DNA from: Squalus acanthias
Taxonomy: Eukaryota
NCBI GenBank assembly: GCA_030390025.1
Contig: CM059447.1
Coordinates: forward strand, 45,818,001-45,882,000
Length of the DNA stretch: 64,000 bases
Direction: 5' to 3'
Shown: positions 39,311-50,367 of the stretch, piece after piece
Numbering within the stretch: position 1 is the stretch's first letter
How the letters are laid out: the number at the start of each line of letters is the position of its first letter
The notes under the pieces: generated by a model
Told to the model about the DNA's origin: nothing
What the model saw: the letters and a program-made list of their open reading frames with translations, nothing else
The model's database searches: none
Made by a program: the position numbers and the translations under genes

Positions 39311-39396
39311 TATGTAGATTACCTGTGGCTCCTTTTGTTTACAATGTGTTAAATTGGTGTTTTATTTTCTGACTGATCTCTTCCCTTGCCTTGCAG

Positions 39397-40154
39397 CTTT
39401 TATAATCATGATCATTCTGGCTTTGATCAGGATCAGTAAGGGCAAAGGAGAGGGCCACCCCCCTGTCGCCAACTTCTCTGGTATCCCCAATTTGTTTGGT
39501 GTGTGCGTCTACTCCTTCATGTGTCAGCATTCCCTGCCCTCGCTCATTACCCCCATCAGTAAGAAGAAGCACATGATCAAGCTGGTCCTGGTCGACTATG
39601 TGCTCATCCTGGCCTTCTACAGCCTCCTGGCCTTCACCGCCATCTTCTGCTTCAGTAACCTGAAGGACATGTACACCCTCAACTTCACCAGCAACTGCGA
39701 TGTCGTCAGTGTGCCCTTCATCCGCTACTTCCTGGGACTCTTCCCAGTTTTCACAATCAGCACAAACTTCCCAATAATTGCAGTTACGTTACGCAATAAC
39801 TGGAAAACGGTCTTCCACAGAGACGGAGGAATGTACCCATGGCTAATTGATCGAATCGTCTTTCCCCTAATCACCATCATTCCTGCCATAATAGTGGCGT
39901 TCTGCACCCATGACCTGGAGACTCTGGTGGGCATCACTGGTTCTTATGCAGGCACTGGTATTCAGTACATCGTCCCTGCATGCTTGGTCTACTTCAGCAG
40001 AAAGGACATTGGGCTTGTGCTTGGTAATGACGTTCAGAATAAGTACAGATCTCCCTTCAAGCATACCTTCTGGGTCCTCTTTGTGTTGGTGTGGTCAGTG
40101 TCCTGCTTCATCTTTGTAACAACCAACATTGTGCTGATGGAAACCAAGTCCTGA
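39397..40154 (+). CDS. TMEM104: TMEM104 (amino-acid transporter-like) terminal coding exon
   Basis: FIIMIILALIRI..EGHPP..NLFGVCVYSFMCQHSLPSLITP..FPVFTISTNFPIIAVTLRNNWKT..FCTHDLE..ETKS*; polypyrimidine tract + CAG acceptor ending at 39396 (phase 1); stop TGA 40152-54. Confidence 0.95.
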
Positions 40155-40399
40155 GCCCTTGCCCTGCCCACGAGGAGGTCTTACCCTGTTCGTCAGACTC
40201 AAACCCCTGATTTGCTCCCATAATATCACCAACTGCCTTCACCGTGGCAAAATGTGATAAATTCAGTGAACTGGTTTAAGTAGGTCACCATACCATGCTA
40301 TACGGTTGCAGTTTCCAAAATCTACATCTGAATCCTTTTTTCCCCTCCCCACCCCGCTCCCGATCAAAAATGATGATCCGCTTCACTTTTCAATTTGAC

Positions 40400-40405
40400 A
40401 ATAAA
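40400..40405 (+). terminator. Candidate proximal poly(A) signal AATAAA for TMEM104
   Basis: AATAAA ~245 nt after the stop, followed by a T-rich stretch; usage unproven. Confidence 0.4.
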
Positions 40406-40974
40406 TGGTGTCAGATTTTTTTTTAACTTGGGCAGTTTATAAATGAAATGAGCTGCGCCTCAGCATTGTGTAACACACCCAGACACTGGAGAGATTCTCC
40501 ACCCGTCCTGTTCACCTGGCACAGCCTTGAATGTGGGTCAGTTAAAGGTGCCTGTCCCTCACTGTCCTGTCCAAGGAATATTCTTGTAAACCAAAATGGT
40601 TTCTTTCTATAGTTTAAAACTATTGGTGACAATCAAATAAGGAGATGACTGCAAACATTAAGGCCATAAAACTTTGGATTGTAAAAGCTGCTGGAAATGC
40701 CGGAGTCTGTGAAGGCACTTGGTGGAATTCTGCAGGATGAATCGGCTTGTAACTGGAGTGAGGACAGCCTGAGTGATGCTGCTGGATACACCCTGGCACC
40801 TGTGGACTTGCCTGAGTCTGGTTTGGACATAATGGGAAAATGTTTGTTGTTCAAAGTATGTACACACTCCTGTATCCCTCAGTTGCTGACCAGACAGGCT
40901 GTACAGGCTACTCCTGGTGCAGTTCTGCTTGGGTGAACTATATAGGTACAATTTTAACCCTGCCCGCCCGGCAT

Positions 40975-41341
40975 AGCCTGCAGCCTCCAATAACCCAAGG
41001 CCTGGGCCCCCAGAGCCTGCGTCCCAATAACCCAGGGGTCTGGGCCCACAGGCCCTGCGTCCCAATAACCCTGGGCCCGCAGAGCCTGTGTCCCAATAAC
41101 CCAGGGCCTGGGCCCGCAGAGCCTGTGTCCCAATATCCCAGGGGTCTGGGCCCCCAATAACCCAGAGGCCTGGGCCCACAGAGCATGCTCCCCCAATAAC
41201 CCTGGGCCCACAGAGCCTACATCCCAATAACCCAGAGCCTGGGCCCACAGAGCATGCTCCCCCAATAACCCTGGGCCCACAGAGCCTACATCCCAATAAC
41301 CCAGAGCCTGGGCCCACAGAGCCTCTGCCCCCAATAACCCA
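40975..41341. repeat. Variable 31-39-bp minisatellite (CCCAATAACCC..CTGGGCCCACAGAGC)
   Basis: About 10 diverged tandem units. Confidence 0.9.
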
Positions 41342-42571
41342 ATGCTTACCTTCTCACCAGTGCCTTGTACTCTATTTGTGAGGAGCCTTGTGCTTCATGT
41401 TTACTCGGCCCGTGCAGCCGTGCCTGTTTTTAAACTCTCTCTCCCCCTTCAGGGACACATGGATGTATGTGAAGGGGATGGGATGGTGATCTTGTTGGTT
41501 TGCTCCTCTCTCAGCTGCCCGGACTGGGCTGTACCACGAGCAGTGGAGGCAGCGATGGGATCCCGGTCCAGTCACCAGCCTCTGCTCTCGATCATGTGCA
41601 ATATTGTCTCGTCCTTCACACACTAACTGGTCCCAGAATGCATCATGTTTTGTGTGGGAAGGGTATAAGAAGCTGTAAATGCTGCAGGTGGGTGTGTGAA
41701 GGGGAGACGGGTTACGGTTTTGGGTGCGGATAGACGCGCTGTATATTTCTGCATCCTCTGTTATAATTGTATAGTAAAGTGTTTGAATCCAAGTACACCG
41801 AGTGAACTCTAATCTCTTTCCTGCGTCTTCCACCAATCATTTTGGACATCACCGGAACTGACAATCCTGATTCAGTGAACTGGCTATTTTTCATCTTCAC
41901 CAGCCCTGTGAGTGTCCCAGGATTTTCTGGAGCCCAGTAATACACAGGTTGACTCATTTAAGGATAACGAGCAGCCACATGAGGTCATTGATGACGGGCC
42001 CAAAAAAACCACTGAGAGTTGAGGGTCCTTAACACGGTGACACATCCATCAGTTGGGTACCAAGGCATACAAACTGGGGAAGCCCAGATACAATCATGAT
42101 CTGTGCTGCATTAGCTGATTTCAGACAAGGTGGCACTGAGGTATTACAGCTGGCCTCAGAACCACTGCGCTAGGGGAAGGAGGAAGATCCAATCGGTTAC
42201 GGTTCCTGCTCCTGATCTCTGACCAGTTTCTTCCCCCCCCCCCCTTCTGTAAAATGTGTATGTAGCCCATTGGGCAAAGCACAAATTACAGTGAAGGTAG
42301 GAGAGTGGTTGGTGGGCCGGTCTGTGTACTGAGGGCAGGGCAGCACTGGGAGTGATATGTATATTGAGGGGTGGCAGCGCTGAGACTGGTCGGGTGGGGT
42401 GGTGTCTGTATATCAAGGGTTGCCAGAACTCAGTGGCTGTAGTGGGGTTGGGGGGTGGAGTCAGTATATTGAAGGTTTAGCGGCACTGAGAATGGTGGGG
42501 GGTGGGGTTCTGTGCATTGAGGGTTGGGCAGCAATGAGTAGTCAGGGGTGGGGAGGTAGTCTGTATATTTT

Positions 42572-43535
42572 AAAAAAAATTATATTCATTCATGGGATGT
42601 GGGCATCGCTGGCAAGGCCAGCATTTATTGCCCATCCCTAGTTGCCCTTAAGAAGGTGGTGGTGAGCCGCCGCCTTGAACCGCTGCAGTCCGTGTGGTGA
42701 AGGTGCTCCCACAGTGCTGCTAGGGAGGGAGTTCCAGGATTTTGACCCAGCGACGATGAAGGAACGGCGATATACTTCCAAGTCAGGATGTGTGTGACTT
42801 GGAGGGGAACTTGGAGGTGGTGGTCTTGCTGCCCTTGTCTTTCTAGGTGGTAGAGGTCGCGGGTTTGGGAGGTGTTGCCGAAGAAGCCTTGGCGAGTTGC
42901 TGCAGTGCATCTTGTAGATGGTACACACTGCAGCCACAGTACGCCGGTGGTGGAGGGAGTGAATGTTTAAGGTGGTGGATGGGGTGCCAATCAAATTGGC
43001 TACTTTGTTTTGGATGGGGGTCGAGCTTCTTGAGTGTTGTTGGAGCTGCACTCATCCAGGAAAGTGGAAAGTATTCCATCACACTCCTTACTTGTGCCTT
43101 GTAGATGGTGGGAAGGCTTTGGGGAGTCGGGAGGTGAGACACTCGCCGTAGAATACCCAGCCTCTGATCTCTTGTTGCCACAGTATTTATGTGACTGGTC
43201 CAGTTAAGTTTCTGGTCAATGGTAACCCCCAGGATATTGATGGTGGGGGATTCAGCGATGGTAATGCTGCTGAATGTCATGGGGCGGTGGTTAGACTCTC
43301 GCTTGTTGGAGATAGTCATAGCCCGGCACTTCTGTGGCGCAAATGTTACCTGCCACTTATCCACCCAAGCCTGAATGTTGTCCAGGTCTTGTTGCAAGCG
43401 GGCATGGACTGCTTCATTAACTGAGGAGTTGCGAATGGCACTGAACACTGTGCAGTCATCAGCGAACATCCCCACTTCTGACCTTATGATGGAGGGAAGG
43501 TCATTGATGAAGCAGGTGAAGATGGTTGGGCCTAG
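42572..43535 (-). mobile_element. CR1-group LINE 3' portion, left arm of an inverted pair
   Basis: FINDLPSIIRSEVGMFADDC, LQQDLDNI, YKAQVRSVMEY. Confidence 0.9.
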
Positions 43536-43980
43536 GATGAGTACAGCTCCAACAACACTCAAGAAGCTCGACACCATCCAGGACAAAGCAGCCCACTTGA
43601 TTGGCACCCCATCCACCACCTTAAACATTCACTCCCTCCACCACCAGGGTACCATGGCTGCAGTGTGTACCATCTACAAGATGCACTGCAGCAACTCGCC
43701 AAGGCTTCTTCGGCAGCACCTCCCAAACCCACGACCTCTACCACCTAGAAGGGCAAGGGCAGCAGGCGCATGGGAACGCCACCACCTCCAAGTCGCACAC
43801 CATCCTGACTTGGAAGTATATCGCCGTTCCTTCATCGTTGCTGGGTCAAAATCCTGGAACTCCCTCCCTGACAGCACTGTGGGAGTACCTTCAAGAAGGC
43901 GGCTCACCACCACCTTCTCAAGGGCAACAAATGCTGGCCTTGCCAGTGACGCACGCCTACATCCCAGGAACGAATAAAAA
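43536..43980 (+). mobile_element. Same-family LINE 3' portion, right arm in opposite orientation
   Basis: Revcomp of ~42590-43060 with indels; ends CCCAGGAACGAATAAAAA. Confidence 0.9.
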
Positions 43981-43990
43981 ATGTTTTTTT

Positions 43991-44080
43991 TTAAATAGTG
44001 ACAAACTCCAGTAAGCATAGCCAAAGGATATCCTCCATCTTCACTGCAGTTATGATCAAGCACATCACTCTTTCACATAG
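43991..44080 (-). pseudogene. MROH-family retrocopy, 3' piece
   Basis: LCERVMCLIITAVKMEDILWLCLLEFVTI* continues in frame from 49774; followed by A9 on the minus strand. Confidence 0.75.
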
Positions 44081-44919
44081 TGTAGAGATTTGCGTATCTC
44101 TGGTAAACGGGATCGAGTGCAAACCAATATGGTGGGTATATTGGCCCAGAAATTGATCTCGCTCTGTTCCCGCGGGGGTAAGGCTTCCCTGCGATCTCTC
44201 ACTCCGCTTGTGCTTTTTCAGATCCAGCTCGCACGAACTTGATGTTCCAGACATTAGCTGGGCAGTGCTTGCGTATCCCACCGGCGTAGTGAATTCGTGC
44301 GAGCTGTGGGATCACGTGACTCAGTTGGAGCCAATGGCAGCACACCATCTTCCATTCATAAGTTTCACATATGTGCTGTGAAATCTATGAATCTTACACC
44401 CCCCCAAAATAACAGCTAAACCTCAATTAAATTAAAAATAAACCATCACATTAATAAAATAAGTATAGTTAAATAAATTAACCATTTTAAATAAAAAATT
44501 AAATTTTTGAAAAATTTTTAAATCTTTTAAAAAGTTATAAAAATAAACTTACCTGTCTTTAAAGTCTCTAAAAAAGATATACCTGTTAAAAATTCAAAAA
44601 AATACTTAATTCACTACTTACCTTGTTAAAAATGTGTCTTACTCCTCCTTTTTCCATTTCTAAAATCTTCCGTACTTACCTGCGCGTCCAAAGCATGAAG
44701 TGCACAGCGTGCGCGCAGCCTGTAGCGCGCACGCGATGCACCGAGGAACCGCCCCCTTTTCAAAAGACCAAGTGCCGGTTTTCAGCGCATGCGCAGGGCA
44801 TGCAGAAAACCGGCAATTGGAGAGCGAATACGCGTCGCGGGATGAATTTTTGGCCCATTGTGTTTAATCGGAGTTTAGGACAGAATATAACACACTAGTA
44901 ATACAGCAAAAACATATGA
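44081..44919 (-). repeat. 3' LTR remnant (~122 bp of R/U5, split by MITE)
   Basis: 44081-44142 + 44860-44919 match 48660-48781 with ~7 substitutions. Confidence 0.9.
44143..44856 (+). mobile_element. Harbinger-like MITE, copy 2, inside the 3' LTR
   Basis: TIR GGCCCAGAAATT / AATTTTTGGCCC; TSD ATT; empty site visible in the 5' LTR at 48713-48727. Confidence 0.9.
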
Positions 44920-44924
44920 TGATG

Positions 44925-47212
44925 TCCCCACCTTGGATACTCGAGACTGATCTTAAGGGAGGGGTAGGGGCTTGCCAGAGGTCACCGTTAACGGCGGCGA
45001 CCTTGGCAGCACGATCTGCCTGTGAGTTACCCTGGGTATGTACGTCCGAAGAACGTGAGTGGGACTGCACTTTACCAACATAGACGGGCTGATCGTGAAT
45101 TTAAAGAGTCCCAAAGGGAAGCAAAGAGGTCTGCAATGGAGCAGGGTCTTACTATCGACAGTACCAAAATTATTCCGAGCATACAGCGGTAAAGATAACA
45201 GTGTTACTCGCATAGACACTAACAGGTATGTCATGGGTAATTTGGATCGCTGTCACCGGGGCTGCAACTTCAGCCTATTGGGCAGAGTGGGGAATGCATT
45301 TATACATGAGTTTTCGGTCATGCAAAACTACCGCAAATCCAGTAAGGCGCTTTCCATCCCTATGGTAGGATGATCCATCAATATAGACGTCCTGGGCATC
45401 ACTTAGGCGAGACGGGGTGACGGTCGATCTCCAGTGGTGGAAGGGGGTATTCATAGCTTCCCCCCCCTCGTATAGTAGGAGCTGGGGTAGCAGAGTTGTC
45501 TGCTTTGGCGTTATTTCCAAATCTCTCTGAGTTAACAGGAGAATCCAATGACTGAGTCGAGCGGAGGAGACTAAAGTACCCCCTGGTTTGAGTAGAAGAT
45601 TCAAAGGAGTGTGGGGATTGTGGATAATCATTTTGTTCAATCCGGTAATAAACGTGAAGTGTTTGACCGCCCAAAAAGTGGCCAGCAGATGTCGCTCACA
45701 CACAGTGTAATTCTTCAGCACGCCATTCAAAATGCGAGAGGCGTACGCAATTGGCATAAGTTTATCATATACGTCTTGGCACAGAATGGCAGCAAGACTC
45801 TGATCGGTGGATCCTACCTCCAGGTGGAAAGGCTTGTCCCGGTCAGGACTTCTCAGGCATGTGGCTTGTATAACGGCAGTCTTAAGGAGGGACACAGCCA
45901 TGGTATGTTCGGTGGTCTAGTCACGGGCCACAGAATCCTCTTCGCCCTTTAATAGTTCATATAAGGGTTTGGCCAGCTCCGCAAATCTGGGAATAAACGA
46001 GCATTGGTCTCCCACCAGACCCAAGAAGGAACGAAGTGCGGTTTTTGGATGCGGGCAATGATAAATGCTGAATCACGTCAATCTTATGCTGGTCGGGGCT
46101 GAGCCCCTTCGGTCCCACATTAACCCCTAAAAATGTCACTTCTGGTTATAACAATTGTGCTGCCTTTGGATTAATTTTTAGTCTGGCCTTCAGAAGGAGG
46201 TCTGGTAACTCTTCCATTAGTTCAATGAGTTTGTTTGTCAGGTGTAGTAAGCAAAAGGTCATCGACATACTGCAGCAGGCAGTCAGGTCTCGAGAAAGGT
46301 TTCAGTGCCTGAGCCATCCGTTTGTGGAATATAGTCGGGGCGTTGTGAAAGCCTCGAGGCAAACATGTCCATGCCCAAACAGGAATACTCCAGAACCCAT
46401 TTGAAATGTCAAAGGTGGGGAAGTAGCAGCTACCTGGTGGAATCTGGGACAGGAGAGTGGGGGTCTCCTGAACAACAGGGGCGCAAGGTGGGGTTATCGA
46501 ATTAAGCTTACGATAATCAATTGTTAGACGCCAGCTATCGTCTGGTTTCTTAATTGGCCAGGTTGGAGAATTAGTGGTAAAAGTGCCAATTCGGATAACA
46601 CCCTGCTTTAAAAATGAATCGATAGTAGACCGAACATAAGCTTTACTCTCAGCCGGAATGGAATACTGCTTAACAGGAGGGTGGGAGGGTTCATTAACCT
46701 CCTCATCTCCCGACATCCTACCACAGTCATGTTTGGACTTAGCAAAAACCTCTGAAAAGGGCGAAGTCCTCGGGTTTTTTAATCGCATATACCGAATGGG
46801 CATCCGAAATAGGTGTCGGTGGTCCCTCATTAAAGTGCCACCAAAGACAATCATTAACGTAGTCGAGGACAGCACAGTGTTTATGCAGCGCGTCACTTCC
46901 AAGGATACCTTTCTGGTCATGGGTGGCAATATGTACAGGAGAGGGGACATCGACGGAATTCCCATCGATGGACAAGACTGTGGAGCTCAATCCCTGATTA
47001 GCTAACTGAGTAGAAGCATTAAAGCCGGAAAGGTTTAGGGTGGTGCCAGAATGGGAAAAGGGAGCGGGGTCATGTAAAATAGTCACGGCAGAACCGGAAT
47101 CCACAAGCATAACCTGGCGGCAGCCTCCATGATCAGTGGCCCAGACAATGGGTCGTCTGTCCTCCCCGTACCAGACAGGAGAAGACGTGGTCACTGCAGA
47201 GGCCGGTGACCG
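44925..47212 (-). pseudogene. pol: Retroviral-like pol (protease, RT, tether, RNase H), frameshifted
   Basis: LVDSGSAVTIL..GILGSD; WRLTIDYRKLN, FDISNGFWSIP, LPRGFHNAP, QYVDDLL; PIAYASRIL..ERHLLA; VYIDGSS..SAQ*AE..KVQSH..GNSQADRAAK. Confidence 0.9.
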
Positions 47213-48545
47213 TCACTGGGGACGTGAGTCTGGGAGCGCATCTCCACTACGAGGAACAGCCGAAACGTTTTGCCCCTCTGACTGTTTCATGGTCTGGACT
47301 ACCGCCGAAAGGCGTTCTAGCTGCTGCTGTGCAGAGTTCAAATCAGACCAGTTACCTTCACGGATTGGGGGTTGGTAGCGTGGGCCATTATTTGGACGTT
47401 GACTATCGCGGCAGTCGCGAGCTTATAACAGCTATAACAAATTACGTGGTGTTTGACGCCACAAACCCCTCCCCAGTTGGGAGACAGAGGACTCTCCACC
47501 GCTGACACTTTGGACTTAGTAGGGGTGAGGGACGATTTAACTCGGTCCCAAGCTTGATTGCAAGTGTCCATCAAATAAGCCCACGGGGTTCCCTGATGAA
47601 CGGTAATACCAAGAGCGTCGATGAGTGTCCAAAAACCCTTGACCATTACGGTTTTTCTGGGACTGGTTGTACAAATCATGCAATCGGTTTGCAAAGGCCA
47701 CGGGATGTTCGTTAGCCTCTTGCCGGGCATCCCCAACCGCGTGGGTGAAATTAACTGCGTCCATGCCCAAACGGGAACAAACTGAATCCATGACATGCCA
47801 CCACCCCTTACTTTTATCATAGATTTCCCGTGAGAGTGATAACTTGAGTTCCCGTGAAATGCATAACTACAGAACTTGTTTTAAGTCTGTCTACTCTAAC
47901 TCAGGGTGACAGCAACGGAACGTACCCCAATCACTTGTTAGGACGACTGGGTTCGTTCCCCAGTTTATTGGCCCCAATTCTTCGGCCACTCCGCCGGGGT
48001 CAAACTGTTTGTCTCCCCAGCTTTCCCTTCAATTCCATAATTTTTAATTCGCAGTGAATATGGTCAGTGCTCACCAGAGGGGGTTTCTCCAGTAATTCTC
48101 TCAAGGCCCCCCTGGCGTCACCAAGTTGTGAGATCAGGGATTCATTTTTGATTTTTAAAGCTTAGTTATCTTCATATACCTGATGGTGGTGTCTTGAGGC
48201 AAGTCATGCTTCAACTGCCAAGGCTTGGTCTTGACGGAGAAGGGCACAGACTGTGGCGTGTCGGCCTTGCCAGTCCTGTAAGTCCCTTTCAAGTTGTGCA
48301 TTTTTCTCCTTCAGGAGTACAACTTCGCCACACAAGTGGGCCGCGTAAGCCAGCCTATTTCTGGCTTCCTTAACTTTACATTTCTTCGCACCCACCTGGG
48401 ATGCTATCTCGCCCCAAATCTCAGAGAAACTCTTCTCGCTCTTCTCATCACCCTGCACTATTCCGATTACCGCTTGGGCCCCCGGGGCCCCTAACATATC
48501 CGAGAGACTGTTCGCAAACTTTTCTCTAAAATACGCATCCGCCAT
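47213..48545 (-). pseudogene. gag: gag, decayed
   Basis: ATG at 48545 after the PBS; coiled-coil N-terminus; capsid-like QEANEHPVAFANRL; CYSCYK..RDC frameshifted CCHC knuckle; ends CAG-TGA. Confidence 0.7.
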
Positions 48546-48638
48546 TTTGTTTTTGCTTTACATCCCGATAGCAGCACCTAGTACCTTTATAGACCGAACC
48601 CGTCCTCAACTCGTTTCGACCACAACAACCCTTTTGCA

Positions 48639-48656
48639 CTCCTGCCTGACTCACTA
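48639..48656 (-). promoter_or_regulatory. Primer-binding site, tRNA-Arg(ACG)-like
   Basis: TAGTGAGTCAGGCAGGAG, 3 nt after the LTR CA; 14/18 match to TGGCGAGCCAGCCAGGAG (tRNA sequence recalled, not searched). Confidence 0.65.
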
Positions 48657-48659
48657 CTT

Positions 48660-49773
48660 TGAAGAGATTTGCGTATCTCTGGTAAACAGGATCGAGTGCA
48701 AACCAATATGGCGGGTATATCGTGTTTAATCGGAGTTTAGGACGGAATATAACACACTAGTAATACAGCAGAAACATACGACCGTGACAAGCAGCTGGTA
48801 CCAGACCTGATCGGACAGACGGCTGGCGTGCGTGAACAGTTCTCTGGCTTACGGCCTCTCTTCCTCTCATCTAGAACCTCCGAGTTGGTGAGCATGGGCT
48901 CACTCTCGAAAGAGCACGCGAGCAGCCCAACTTTTGTTTAGCTCTTTCCTCCACCGTCTGTGTGGGCAAGCCCTCAGGGTATTGTTTTTATTCCCTTTTT
49001 AGGGGTGGGCCTGAGGCCAGATTATTGACAAGACCAGTTAACCTATAGAGATTCCCCCAAAACCTCAGTACCCAATTGGGCATTGAGTTCTTTGTCTCAA
49101 TTCTTGGATGAAAGCCCTCCCCTAAAGGGGTGTCATGATCTCAGCCAATTTATCTTGTTTTTACATTTTGAAGATTCCTCTATTGGAATGCATCCTATCT
49201 CCCTGGTCCCTCTCCTCCCTGTTACAATTGGTACTCGGCCTGGCCTTGTCCCCTTTTAACCGTGAGACCCAAGCCAGAGCTGTCCCCCTTCAGTCAGTCA
49301 TTGTCTCACTTTCATTAGCAAGCTGCTCCATCTTGGATACTTTAACTCCCCTAAATTCCTTTTATTTTATGTCTTTCTATACTAATTAACTTTTAATTAT
49401 CTTCACAAGTAGTTCTGCTAAACAAACTCCAAATTCTACCTGAGCATTATAATATGGTTATTCGTAATAATGGAAGAAACATAGGTTGGGCCTTCATTGG
49501 CCAAATTAAAGATACATTAACAAAGTCAAAACCCTAACTTACAAACCACAGATATGGCAGGCAAGGCCATCCTATGGGCCATTTGTGGAATGTTTATGCC
49601 TCATCTAATCTAACTAACTGAAGACATTTTGCCTCACAGTCTAATACAGGCCTCCAGGAAAACGAAACTTATACATTAACCCCTTACTTGTCTCGAGCAG
49701 AAACATACAATCATTTAAATACAGTATTATTCGCGTAACCAGATACATTTTTAGGCACCCCTAGTTTCTAATA
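48660..49773 (-). repeat. 5' LTR (~1.1 kb)
   Basis: Minus strand TATTAGAAA (TG presumably mutated) ... TCTCTTCA; AATAAA at 48992-87; ATTAAA at 48730-25; bounded by TSD and PBS. Confidence 0.8.
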
Positions 49774-50258
49774 ATAGTGTGACTACTTCTTCATCTGTTA
49801 CTGGGTCTGACTGATGATTGGGTGGTACCAGGGTCCCTGAACCGACGGGTGCCGCACACTGTTGGATGAGGAATTGCACCATTGCCTTTCCTCCCTCGGG
49901 CTCAAGGTAACCTTGCTCGGCCATGACACATATTACCTGGGCAATGAGCTTCTTCTCCTGATTGCTGCTCTTGTCGAGAAGGATTGGTTTTATTGCAGCG
50001 ACAATCTGAGCCGCCTTCCTCTCCAAGTGCGATGAGACCAATGTGATGAGATGCTTCAGTACAGTCAGTGTTCCTACTCTCATTCGTTGGTCAGCGTTCT
50101 CTAACTGAGACAGGAGAAATTTGACCATTTTGTCTGCATAAGCTGGAGCCAGAACTCTGAAAGAGCGAAGGATCTCAGTCTGGTTCTTCACAGCAAGATC
50201 ATCAGTAGACTCCAGCGAAACACAAATCTGCTGGTGGAGCTTGTTAAGAAGGATGTTT
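49774..50258 (-). pseudogene. MROH1-like (maestro HEAT-like repeat) intronless fragment, 5' piece
   Basis: LHQQICV..KNQTEILRSF..RVGTLTVLKHLI..AMAEQGYLEPEGGKAMVQFLIQQCA-like sequence resembles MROH1 (HSQICV..EVLRCF..RVGTL..HHGYLEQPGG..QQCALP, recalled). Confidence 0.8.
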
Positions 50259-50367
50259 CAGCCCGATACACTTTATCTCTGTTACAACATCCAGCTCAAG
50301 CACAAATCCACAGTTTGTAGCACTTTGCTGCATTTTGTCCAGCCCGGGGTTTCTGTGTTGTCATATT

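Larger units (their letters stand above)
44081..49773 (-). mobile_element. Internally deleted endogenous retrovirus-like element (LTR-gag-pro-RT-tether-RNaseH-partial LTR)
   Basis: 4-bp TSD ATAG (44077-80, 49774-77); duplicated LTR end; PBS; gag/pol motifs; no integrase or env. Confidence 0.9.

Noticed and set aside
39354-39396. ORF-track N-terminal extension of TMEM104 (MVFYFLTDLFPCLA)
   Set aside because: This is the intronic polypyrimidine tract; homology starts after the CAG acceptor
1-39396. Upstream TMEM104 exons
   Set aside because: None recognised by eye; probably outside the window, although a small exon could have been missed
40658-41334. 219-aa and 126-aa minus-strand ORFs
   Set aside because: Generated by the minisatellite downstream of TMEM104
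44077-44083. 7-bp TSD ATAGTGT for the ERV
   Set aside because: TGT is better read as the LTR terminus (the 5' LTR copy also begins TG at 48660), which leaves a 4-bp TSD
44081-49773. Calling the ERV a foamy virus from the DSG protease, YVDD, NGFW motif and long LTR
   Set aside because: The CCHC remnant, in-frame gag-pol stop and Arg-like rather than Lys PBS do not fit; a phylogeny is needed
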